This document shows positions 28,188-36,467 of a stretch of 64,000 bases of DNA, piece by piece (the first letter of the stretch is position 1; each line of letters begins with the position of its first letter). The notes beneath the pieces are model-generated. The model saw only the letters and a list, made by a program, of their open reading frames with translations. It was not told the origin of the DNA and did no database searches. This stretch comes from Elusimicrobiota bacterium. Lineage in GTDB: Bacteria; Elusimicrobiota; Endomicrobiia; Endomicrobiales; Endomicrobiaceae. The stretch is from NCBI GenBank assembly GCA_017525905.1, contig JAFXSD010000007.1, positions 3,531 to 67,530 on the forward strand, in the 5' to 3' direction. A program made the translations under genes and the position numbers.

Positions 28188-28457
28188 CTACTTCTTTTTT
28201 CTAAAGATCATAGATGTTACTGCAGGTAAAACCGTCGCGACTATCTTAACCCAAGCTTTCGGGAAAAAGTTAGCAACTTCCAAAACTCCTTCCGAAACTT
28301 TATGAACCGAATCTAATTCGACATTAACTTTGTCTATAGTTTCTTCAAGTTTTTTTGTTGTTTTTGCTATTTGAACCAAAGTAAGTATAAGATAAACTAT
28401 GGCAACTATGATAGCTACTGTCAACAAAACTATACAAACTGTAATTATTTCGTTCAT
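28188..28457 (-). CDS. DUF948-like small membrane protein
   Basis: It has a single TM helix followed by a coiled coil (TKKLEETIDKVNVELDSV). It is adjacent to ytxH, a pairing I recall as common. Confidence 0.6.
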   Translation of the reverse strand: MNEIITVCIVLLTVAIIVAIVYLILTLVQIAKTTKKLEETIDKVNVELDSVHKVSEGVLEVANFFPKAWVKIVATVLPAVTSMIFRKKK

Positions 28458-28495
28458 ATCTTTTAAATTCTACCAAAAAAATATTTTTTTTTCAA

Positions 28496-29611
28496 CTATA
28501 TAATTGTTTTTCCTGATTCAAGCTCGAACAAATGAACCTTTTTCAAATCAAAAACCAACTCTATAACCTGGTTGGGTTTTGATTTATTATTTGAATCAAC
28601 TTTTGCAACCATTATATTTTTTCCGGTATTAAAATGTAAATAAATTTCGCTTCCCAAAGGTTCAACTATATCTACCGTCGCGGAAAATCCGCTGACTACT
28701 TGATGGGAAATACTTGCAAAAAGTTTATCATAAATATCTTCCGGTCTTACACCCATAACAATCTTTTGGTTAACAAACGGTTCAACTTTATCTTTCATAA
28801 AGTCGGGAACTTTAACGTCGAAAGAACCTTCTTTTAATACCAAACCGTCATTTTCTTTATAAACTTCAACATTAAAGAAGTTCATCGGGGGTGTTCCGAT
28901 AAAACCCGCAACGAATTTGTTTGCCGGTTTATCATATAATTCCAACGGACCTGCAACTTGTTGAATAATACCGTCTTTCATTACACAAATTTTGTCACCC
29001 ATTGTCATAGCTTCCGTTTGGTCGTGGGTAACATATATCATTGTACTTTGTAATCTTTCATGTAATTTTTTCAATTCGGCTCTCATTTGAACTCTTAACT
29101 TTGCATCAAGGTTTGATAAAGGTTCATCAAACAAGAAAACTTTCGGTTTTCTAACGATGGCTCTGCCTACTGCAACTCTTTGTCTTTGACCGCCGGAAAG
29201 CTGTTTCGGTTTTCTGTCCAACAAGTGGGAAATACCCAAAATATCGGCAGCTTCTTTAACTCTTTTATCTATTTCGGCTTTATCGTAACCTTTAAGTTTC
29301 AAAGCGAAAGCCATATTTTGATAAACTGTCATATGAGGATACAAAGCATAGTTCTGGAAAACCATTGCTATATCTCTGTCTTTTGGAGGAACATCATTAA
29401 CTCTTTTGCCGTCTATAAAAATATCACCTGCGGTAATATCTTCAAGACCTGCAACCATTCTCAAAGTTGTGGTTTTTCCGCAACCGGAAGGTCCTACGAG
29501 AATACAAAATTCTTTATCTTTTATTTCTAAATTGAAATCTTTAACAATTTTAACATCGCCATAACTTTTGTACACATTTTTTAAAATAATTTCGGCCATT
29601 AATTCCTCCAA
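28496..29611 (-). CDS. ABC transporter ATP-binding protein, MalK/UgpC/MsmK type (carbohydrate importers)
   Basis: It has Walker A GPSGCGKTT, signature LSGGQRQR, Walker B LFDEPLS and a C-terminal TOBE-like domain. No permease or binding-protein genes are adjacent. Confidence 0.88.
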   Translation of the reverse strand: MEELMAEIILKNVYKSYGDVKIVKDFNLEIKDKEFCILVGPSGCGKTTTLRMVAGLEDITAGDIFIDGKRVNDVPPKDRDIAMVFQNYALYPHMTVYQNMAFALKLKGYDKAEIDKRVKEAADILGISHLLDRKPKQLSGGQRQRVAVGRAIVRKPKVFLFDEPLSNLDAKLRVQMRAELKKLHERLQSTMIYVTHDQTEAMTMGDKICVMKDGIIQQVAGPLELYDKPANKFVAGFIGTPPMNFFNVEVYKENDGLVLKEGSFDVKVPDFMKDKVEPFVNQKIVMGVRPEDIYDKLFASISHQVVSGFSATVDIVEPLGSEIYLHFNTGKNIMVAKVDSNNKSKPNQVIELVFDLKKVHLFELESGKTII

Positions 29612-29674
29612 AACAGCTACAAAAATACAGTTGTTGAAATAAAATTATATACTTTTGATAAAAGATAGTCAAAT

Positions 29675-29829
29675 AACGGCAATGTATAATTTATAATTTA
29701 CAATTAAAGTGCCCTTCGGTCGATTTTGTAATAGATTACTTCGCTATGCTGGTAATTACTGAGTTTTGGCTTTAGCCCTGCGTCAATCCATAGCCGTCAA
29801 TTATACATTGTACATTATAAATTGCCGTT
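29675..29829. repeat. Inverted pair of tandem AATKTAY heptamer arrays flanking a GC-richer core of about 93 nt
   Basis: The left arm at 29675-29705 is AACGGC AATGTAT AATTTAT AATTTAC AATT. The reverse complement of the right arm at 29799-29829 is AACGGC AATTTAT AATGTAC AATGTAT AATT. Confidence 0.75.
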
Positions 29830-29998
29830 TAGGTTTGACACATTTTCATATATAATGTAAAATAAAAAGATATGTTTTGTGAAGATAATAAAACTTGTAT
29901 ACAAAATTTTTTGTTTCAAAAGAATTTTGAGTTTCGATGGTGAAAAACAGACAGTTTTCGTATGTTTAACCTAAAAAACTCAAAAGGAGAATTTTATT

Positions 29999-31375
29999 AT
30001 GTCAAAATTAAATAACAGTAAAAAAATAATTTTAAGTGAAGAAGATATACCTAAACAGTGGTATAACATACAAGCGGATTTGCCGCATCCTTTGGAACCT
30101 GCATTCAATACAAGAACAGGTAAAATTGCAACAAAAGAAGATTTGTGCCAAATTTTTCCGGAAGCAATTGTTGAACAGGAAGTAAGCAGAGAAAGATGGA
30201 TAGATATTCCGGACCAGGTAAGAGATGCTTATAAAATATGGAGACCGTCTCCGCTTATAAGAGCAACAAATCTTGAAAAATTTTTGGATACCCCTGCAAA
30301 AATATACTTTAAAAATGAAGGTGTAAGTCCTTCCGGCAGTCATAAATCAAATTCCGCAATAGCACAAGCTTATTATAATATGAAAGCGGGAACAAAAAGA
30401 ATAGCAACCGAAACGGGTGCCGGTCAATGGGGTTCGGCTCTTGCTATGGCTTGCAAAATGTTCGGCATAGAATGTGTAGTATATATGGTAAAAGTTTCGT
30501 TCCAACAGAAACCTTACAGAAAATCTCTTATGCAGGTTTACGGAGCAAATGTTTATGCAAGTCCTTCGATGCAAACCGAAGCGGGAAGAAAAGTGTTGGA
30601 AAAAGATCCTGACTGCACAGGTTCTTTGGGCATAGCAATATCTGAAGCAATTGAAGATGTTTTAACACATGAAAATGCAAAATATTCGTTGGGCAGTGTA
30701 TTAAACCATGTTGCAATGCACCAAACGGTTATAGGTTTGGAAGCAAAGAAACAATTGGAAATGATAGATGAATATCCGGATATAGTAATAGCTTGTTTAG
30801 GCGGCGGTTCAAATTTCTCGGGTTTAGCTTTTCCTTTTATAATGGATAAAATAAACGGCACACACAAAGATTTAAGAGCAATAGCTGCAGAACCTTCTGC
30901 ATGTCCTAAACTTTCTAAAGGTGTATATGCTTACGATTACGGTGATTTGTCCGGTTTTACGCCGGCATTCAAAATGTACACATTAGGTCATACATTTATG
31001 CCGAGCGGTATACATGCCGGCGGATTAAGATATCACGGAGCATCACCTTTGGTATCTGCAATAGTAAAAGAAAAACTTGCAGAATCCGTAGTAGTAAAAC
31101 AAAGAGAAGTTTTTGAAGCAGCTGTAACTTTCGCAAGATGCGAAGGAATTCTTCCTGCACCGGAATCTTCTCATGCAATAAGAGTGGCAATAAACGAAGC
31201 ATTAAAAGCAAAAGAAGAAGGAAAATCTAAAACTATATTGTTCAATTTGTCAGGTCACGGACATTTTGATTTAACGGCTTACGAACAATATTTGGCGGGA
31301 AAAATTCAGGATTGTAATTATTCCGAAGAAGAAGTTCAAAAAGCATTAAAAGATTTACCTAAAGTAAACTTATAA
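29999..31375 (+). CDS. TrpB2-type tryptophan synthase beta subunit-like PLP enzyme (long form)
   Basis: The length is 458 aa. The PLP-lysine motif is GSHKSNSA and the glycine loop is GGGSNFSG. No trpA or other trp genes lie nearby. Confidence 0.85.
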   Translation: MSKLNNSKKIILSEEDIPKQWYNIQADLPHPLEPAFNTRTGKIATKEDLCQIFPEAIVEQEVSRERWIDIPDQVRDAYKIWRPSPLIRATNLEKFLDTPAKIYFKNEGVSPSGSHKSNSAIAQAYYNMKAGTKRIATETGAGQWGSALAMACKMFGIECVVYMVKVSFQQKPYRKSLMQVYGANVYASPSMQTEAGRKVLEKDPDCTGSLGIAISEAIEDVLTHENAKYSLGSVLNHVAMHQTVIGLEAKKQLEMIDEYPDIVIACLGGGSNFSGLAFPFIMDKINGTHKDLRAIAAEPSACPKLSKGVYAYDYGDLSGFTPAFKMYTLGHTFMPSGIHAGGLRYHGASPLVSAIVKEKLAESVVVKQREVFEAAVTFARCEGILPAPESSHAIRVAINEALKAKEEGKSKTILFNLSGHGHFDLTAYEQYLAGKIQDCNYSEEEVQKALKDLPKVNL

Positions 31376-31424
31376 ATTTTGCTAAGCAAATTTTGAGGGA
31401 TAGAAGTATAGGGGTGTTTTTATT

Positions 31425-32459
31425 ATGGCTAACAAGACAGGGATTATTTGTACAATGGGACCTTCCACAAGGTCTGCAAAAATAATAAAGAGTCTTTCCG
31501 ATAACGGAATGACGGTCGCAAGACTTAACTTTTCTCACGGAACTTTTGAGCAATATGAAAAAGATATTGCTTTAATAAGATCCGTAAACAAGAAATATAA
31601 AAGGAATATTAAAATTTTAGGCGATTTGGAAGGACACAGAATAAGAATAGGTATGTTGGAAGGCGGAAAACCTGTTGAACTGAAAAAAGATCAAAAGGTT
31701 GTATTAACCAACAAAAAACTTATAGGAAATTCAAAAACTCTTTCTATAGATTATTCGGGTCCTATGTCCGATTTAAAAAAAGGTCTTGAAATATTTATAG
31801 ATGACGGTAACTTAAAACTTACGGTAATTGCAACAGGTAAAGATTCCGTTACCACCGTTGTTGGAATGGATTATCTTTTAAAAGAGCATAAAGGTATAAA
31901 TATACCTGCCGCAAAATTGCATTTTCCGGAAATAGAAGAACATGATAAAAAACATATTGAATTTGCAATAAAAAATAAATTGGACTACATTGCAAATTCT
32001 TTTGTAAGAAACAAATCCGATATGAAATATTTGAAAAAAGTAGTTTCACAACAACATCCTAAATGCCAACTTGTAGCAAAGATTGAAGACAGAGAAGGTA
32101 TAGATAATGTAGCTTCAATTCTTGAAGTTTGCGACGGTATAATGGTAGCAAGGGGTGATATGGGAATCTCTATTCCGTTGTGGACAGTTCCCGTAGTTCA
32201 AAAATACATCATAAGAAAATGCAGATCAAGACAGAAATTTGTTATAACAGCAACTCAAATGCTTGAAAGTATGGTGGAAAATCCTGTTCCTACAAGAGCT
32301 GAAGTAAGCGATGTTGCAAATGCAATTATAGACGGTAGTAATTTTGTAATGTTATCTGCGGAAACAGCGGTAGGAAAATATCCCGAAAAAGCTGTTGCAA
32401 TGATGGGCAATATAATAAAATTTACCGAAAAAAATATATATAGATTACCGTTAGTCTAA
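31425..32459 (+). CDS. pyk: Pyruvate kinase, short form lacking the C-terminal domain
   Basis: It has ICTMGPS, ARLNFSHG, MVARGDMGISIP and ETAVGKYP. The protein ends about 20 aa after the last A-domain motif, at 344 aa. Confidence 0.8.
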   Translation: MANKTGIICTMGPSTRSAKIIKSLSDNGMTVARLNFSHGTFEQYEKDIALIRSVNKKYKRNIKILGDLEGHRIRIGMLEGGKPVELKKDQKVVLTNKKLIGNSKTLSIDYSGPMSDLKKGLEIFIDDGNLKLTVIATGKDSVTTVVGMDYLLKEHKGINIPAAKLHFPEIEEHDKKHIEFAIKNKLDYIANSFVRNKSDMKYLKKVVSQQHPKCQLVAKIEDREGIDNVASILEVCDGIMVARGDMGISIPLWTVPVVQKYIIRKCRSRQKFVITATQMLESMVENPVPTRAEVSDVANAIIDGSNFVMLSAETAVGKYPEKAVAMMGNIIKFTEKNIYRLPLV

Positions 32460-32460
32460 A

Positions 32461-32516
32461 CGACAATGTATAATGTACAATTGTCGGTAAAAATTATAAA
32501 TTGTAAATTATAAATT
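32461..32516. repeat. Heptamer-repeat element upstream of the ZIP transporter gene
   Basis: CGAC AATGTAT AATGTAC AATT GTCG lies at 32461-32486, with 7-bp complementary ends. The reverse complement of 32492-32516 reads AATTTAT AATTTAC AATTTAT AATT. Confidence 0.7.
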
Positions 32517-32539
32517 AAAAAATACGGAGTATTTTTTTA

Positions 32540-33247
32540 ATGAAACAATTGTTGTTTTCTTTTTTGGCAATGAGTTCGGCACTATTTGGAACTTTTATAG
32601 TATTGAAATTTTCCGAATGGGCAAGAAAAAATTCCATATTGTTAATAGGTTTTGCCGCAGGTGTTATGTTATCCATAGCATTTGTTCATTTGTTGCCGGA
32701 ATCGGTGGAACATAATCCCAATGCAATAATTTATGCTTTTGTCGGTTTCCTGTTTATGTTTGTAATTCAACATTTTATATTTTTTCATCCTTGTCACGAC
32801 GATCATTGTCATGTTCATTTAGGAACACTTTCCACTTTCGGTTTATCTTTGCATTCTTTTTTTGACGGTATAGTTATAAGTATAGGGTTTGGAGCAAATG
32901 CTTATATAGGACTTATGACAACAATAGCAATAATGTTGCACAAGTTACCGGACGGTGTAACAATTACCGGAATTTTGATGCACTCGAATAAGTCCATAAA
33001 ACAAATAATATGTTATTCGTTAACGGTGGCAATATTTACTCCCGTAGGAACACTGGTGGGACTTTTCTTTTCTAACCAAATAGCACATTTAATAGGCAGC
33101 TTTTTAGCATTTACCGCCGGAACATTTATTTATTTGTCAGCGGCGGATCTTATCCCGGAAACGCATAAAGCTTCCAATAAAAAAGCGGGATTATGTTTGT
33201 TGTTGGGTGTAATAATCGTTTCATTCTTAGGCCACATTGCCCACTAA
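32540..33247 (+). CDS. zupT: ZIP-family divalent metal transporter (ZupT-like)
   Basis: It is a polytopic membrane protein with a His-rich loop (HPCHDDHCHVH) and the HKLPDG motif. Confidence 0.8.
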   Translation: MKQLLFSFLAMSSALFGTFIVLKFSEWARKNSILLIGFAAGVMLSIAFVHLLPESVEHNPNAIIYAFVGFLFMFVIQHFIFFHPCHDDHCHVHLGTLSTFGLSLHSFFDGIVISIGFGANAYIGLMTTIAIMLHKLPDGVTITGILMHSNKSIKQIICYSLTVAIFTPVGTLVGLFFSNQIAHLIGSFLAFTAGTFIYLSAADLIPETHKASNKKAGLCLLLGVIIVSFLGHIAH

Positions 33248-33252
33248 ACTGC

Positions 33253-33284
33253 AATTTACAATTTACAATTTATAATCTATAATT
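33253..33284. repeat. Heptamer array downstream of the ZIP gene, in the opposite orientation to the upstream array
   Basis: It reads AATTTAC AATTTAC AATTTAT AATCTAT AATT. Confidence 0.7.
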
Positions 33285-33320
33285 AACACAATTATTAATT
33301 TATTAATTAAGGATAAAATT

Positions 33321-36191
33321 ATGAAGAAATTAAAAATTTTGTTGGTTTCGTTGGCAGGCTTAATTGTCGTTTTATCTGTTGCGGCTGTTGTTGCCGTAAA
33401 AGTGTTTTTACCGGAAGATAAAATAAAAACATATATTGTGGATTATGCAAAAAACAATCTTAACAGAGAAGTTTCTTTTGATTCCATTTCCATTAAATTT
33501 ATAGGTATAGATTTAAAGAACTTTAAAATGTCGGAAAAATCCACTCTTAATGACGGAACATTTATAAAAGCCGATGATTTTATAGTAAAAATTTCTCCGT
33601 TGCCGTTATTATTTAAAAATATAAAAATCAGCAGAATTTTGCTTGATTCGATAGATATAAATATATTAAAAGACGAAAAGGGAGTATTTAATTTTGATGA
33701 TATAATACAATCTTTCCAAAATAAAGATTCTCAACAAGAACAAACAAATACCGAAGAAAAAGCCGATGAAAAATTACCTTTTGCAGTAAACATAAAACAT
33801 TTTGATATTAAAAATGCAAACATAAGTTATATAGATAAACAATCCAAACTTGATGCAAGTATCAAAAATTTGAATTTAAAAACAGACGATTTTTCTTTGG
33901 ATGACATTTTTTATTGCAAACTCTCTTTTGATTTGGCAGTTAAACAAAATAAACTTGATATTTCTTTACCGTTAAGTGCAAAATTTAAAACAAACTTAAA
34001 TAACTTTGATATGAACAAATTATTTTTGGATGTTAAAACATTTGAAACAATTTTCAATAATGCAACGATAAGTTTGCAGGGCAGTGTGGAAAATATAAAT
34101 AATCCGAAGATAGATTGTAACCTCATATTAAAAAATATAGACGATAAAACTTTCCAGGATTTCTTTAAATGCAAAACCGAATTTAAAGCAGACGAAATAA
34201 CATTTAAAACAAAATCGGCAATAAATATTTCTTCAATGAATGCAAATATTGAAAGTTTAAGTTTGGTTCTGCCGGATTCCAAGGCGGATGTTTCCGGAAC
34301 AGTTGATTGGGGTAAAGAAGATATTGAATACGATGTAAAAATGAATATTGATTTATTAATGGATAATTTTACAAAAATTTTTCCGGAATATAATTTAGCC
34401 GGAAGATTAAAAACGGATTTTGCGGCAAATCAAAATTTTTGTGAAGGAAAGCTTGGCTTGGAAAAAGTTTCATCAAAATCTAATTACGGGAAAATATCGA
34501 ATTTAAATACTGAAATTTATTTGAAAGCGGAAAACAAAACACCGTTACACAAAGTCGATTTTTCAACTCTCGATATAGACAGTCTCATTTTTAATATTAA
34601 ACAATTATCATTAAAATATAACGATTCCGATATTTCCGCAACCGGTGAACTTACAAAACAACCGAAATCCGTTCTTACTTTAAATTTACAATCTAAAAAT
34701 ATTTCAAATAATACTTTTAAAAATTTTTATGATTGCCCGGTAAAATTTATAATTCCGACATTGGATATGAATGCTGTTTTAAATTTAAATTTAAGTTCAA
34801 AATCTGCGGACATAACAAAATTTGATATTAAAATGCCGGATTCTTCCGCCAATGTAACCGGTTTACTTGATTGGAAAAAAGAGAAGAATTTTGTTTATAA
34901 TCTCTCTTTAAATTTGAATTTATTGTTAGACAGCATAGCAAAAAATTTCCCGGAATATAAAATGAAAGGAAAACTTGTTTCCGATGCAAAGGTTTCCAAT
35001 ACCAATTTTTCCGGTAACTTAAATTGTTCAAATGTGGCATTTGAATATTTGCCTTTTGCCACGATTTCGAATCTTAACTTACAGGCAACGGCAAAATCCA
35101 ACAATAATATTGTAATAAAATCGGCAAGCGGTATATTTAACGACGGCAATTTTAATGCAAACGGTTCGTTAATAGACAAAGATATAAAATTGAATTTTAA
35201 TATGGATAAATTAAAAATTGTTGCAAGCACTCAATCTGTTTCATCTTCATCATCAACAACATCGGCATCAAAATCATCATCATCTTCTTCATTTAATTAT
35301 AATATTTATACGGATATATCCATAGGTGAAGTAAACATTCCTTATTTGGCAAGTAAAAAAGCTACATTAAAAACTTCATTAAAGTCCGTAACAGATACTT
35401 GTAAAAAAACTAACGGAACATTCGCTTTGGTAATAAGTACGGGAACAATAACAAATGTAAATAAACTAACCGATAATAAGATAGCTAAAACATTTTTATC
35501 CTTATTTAATATTGTAAACAATAATAGAACCGAAGAAACAAAAGCCAACAGTAAAAACGATATAAGTTTCCAAAATATAGTTTGTGATGTTTTGTTTACC
35601 GATGGTGTAATAAATACGAACGATGTTTCAATAAAAATTCCTACCGCAAAAATAATAGCTAAAGGTACTGCAGATTTAAAAACCGAAGCTTTGAATTTGT
35701 CTGTAACCGCCGGCAATTATGCTGGGATGAAAATTAAGGGAACAATGTCAGATCCGAAAATTTCTTATGATGTCGCTGCCGCAATATCAACCGCTTTAAG
35801 TGATAAAAATGTTACGAACGCTTTAATGAGTTTATTTAAATCCGACAAGAAAGAAGAAACGAAAAAAGAAGAAACAAAGAAAGAAGAGGCAACAACAACA
35901 CAAGAAACCGCGAAACAAGAAACAAATAAAACTGAAGCAACACAAGCGGCAACTGCTTTAATGGGGTTGTTTAAATCCGACAAGAAAGAAGAAACGAAAA
36001 AAGAAGAGGCAAAGAAAGAAGAGACAACAACACAAGAAACCGTAAAACAAGAAACAAATAAAGCGGAGGCAGCACAGGAAGCCGTAAAACAAGAAGCAAA
36101 GAAGGAAGAAGCAACGCAAGAAGCAGTAAAACAAGAAACAAAAAAAGAAGAAACAACGCAAGAAACTGCTCAAACACAAACGCAACAATAG
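33321..36191 (+). CDS. AsmA-family large envelope protein with a low-complexity C-terminal K/E/T-rich tail
   Basis: It has an N-terminal TM anchor and AsmA-like N-terminal and C-terminal beta-rich regions. There is an internal duplication of about 95 aa (PEYNLAGRLKTD / PEYKMKGKLVSD contexts), a Ser-rich tract, and a repetitive tail. Confidence 0.65.
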   Translation: MKKLKILLVSLAGLIVVLSVAAVVAVKVFLPEDKIKTYIVDYAKNNLNREVSFDSISIKFIGIDLKNFKMSEKSTLNDGTFIKADDFIVKISPLPLLFKNIKISRILLDSIDINILKDEKGVFNFDDIIQSFQNKDSQQEQTNTEEKADEKLPFAVNIKHFDIKNANISYIDKQSKLDASIKNLNLKTDDFSLDDIFYCKLSFDLAVKQNKLDISLPLSAKFKTNLNNFDMNKLFLDVKTFETIFNNATISLQGSVENINNPKIDCNLILKNIDDKTFQDFFKCKTEFKADEITFKTKSAINISSMNANIESLSLVLPDSKADVSGTVDWGKEDIEYDVKMNIDLLMDNFTKIFPEYNLAGRLKTDFAANQNFCEGKLGLEKVSSKSNYGKISNLNTEIYLKAENKTPLHKVDFSTLDIDSLIFNIKQLSLKYNDSDISATGELTKQPKSVLTLNLQSKNISNNTFKNFYDCPVKFIIPTLDMNAVLNLNLSSKSADITKFDIKMPDSSANVTGLLDWKKEKNFVYNLSLNLNLLLDSIAKNFPEYKMKGKLVSDAKVSNTNFSGNLNCSNVAFEYLPFATISNLNLQATAKSNNNIVIKSASGIFNDGNFNANGSLIDKDIKLNFNMDKLKIVASTQSVSSSSSTTSASKSSSSSSFNYNIYTDISIGEVNIPYLASKKATLKTSLKSVTDTCKKTNGTFALVISTGTITNVNKLTDNKIAKTFLSLFNIVNNNRTEETKANSKNDISFQNIVCDVLFTDGVINTNDVSIKIPTAKIIAKGTADLKTEALNLSVTAGNYAGMKIKGTMSDPKISYDVAAAISTALSDKNVTNALMSLFKSDKKEETKKEETKKEEATTTQETAKQETNKTEATQAATALMGLFKSDKKEETKKEEAKKEETTTQETVKQETNKAEAAQEAVKQEAKKEEATQEAVKQETKKEETTQETAQTQTQQ
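35820..36190 (+). repeat. In-frame tandem repeat (135-nt period) plus shorter KKEE/QET reiterations in the AsmA-like tail
   Basis: The 38-nt stretches at 35835-35872 and 35970-36007 are identical (TTTAAATCCGACAAGAAAGAAGAAACGAAAAAAGAAGA). At the protein level LFKSDKKEETKKEE...QETNK occurs twice. Confidence 0.85.
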
Positions 36192-36223
36192 GCATACAAA
36201 TTTTATTAAAATATAAATTGAAC

Positions 36224-36267
36224 AACGGGGGATATGATCGAATTAAGTTCGGGATACCCCCGTTTTA
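36224..36267 (+). terminator. Probable intrinsic terminator after the AsmA-like gene
   Basis: The outer stem AACGGGGG/CCCCCGTT encloses an inner CGAA/TTCG hairpin and is followed by TTTTATT. Confidence 0.5.
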
Positions 36268-36467
36268 TTGGTTTTAACGGCATTAGTTTTTTGATAAAAA
36301 CCAATTGTAAAAAAATAACAAAAATTGATATTATTTATGAAATGTAACTTTTTGTTATATTCATATAGTCTAATAAGAGTGATGTTAAAAGGGTGAACAC
36401 AATTTGCAAACTGCTAATTTATAATTATTTATTCACCTTATAAATAAAGATTACGGAGTAATTTTTA

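Noticed and set aside
29895-29904. 10-bp perfect palindrome TTGTATACAA upstream of trpB2, as a possible operator
   Set aside because: Short AT-rich palindromes are expected by chance in this composition. There is no second half-site or known regulator motif.
29675-33284. Heptamer arrays as CRISPR arrays
   Set aside because: The units are 7 nt long, directly abutting with no spacers, and number only 3-4 per array. No cas genes are present.
35958-36225. Minus-strand ORFs in the AsmA tail repeat region
   Set aside because: They are artefacts of the stop-free GAA/AAG repeats. Their translations are poly-Leu/Phe/Cys low complexity.
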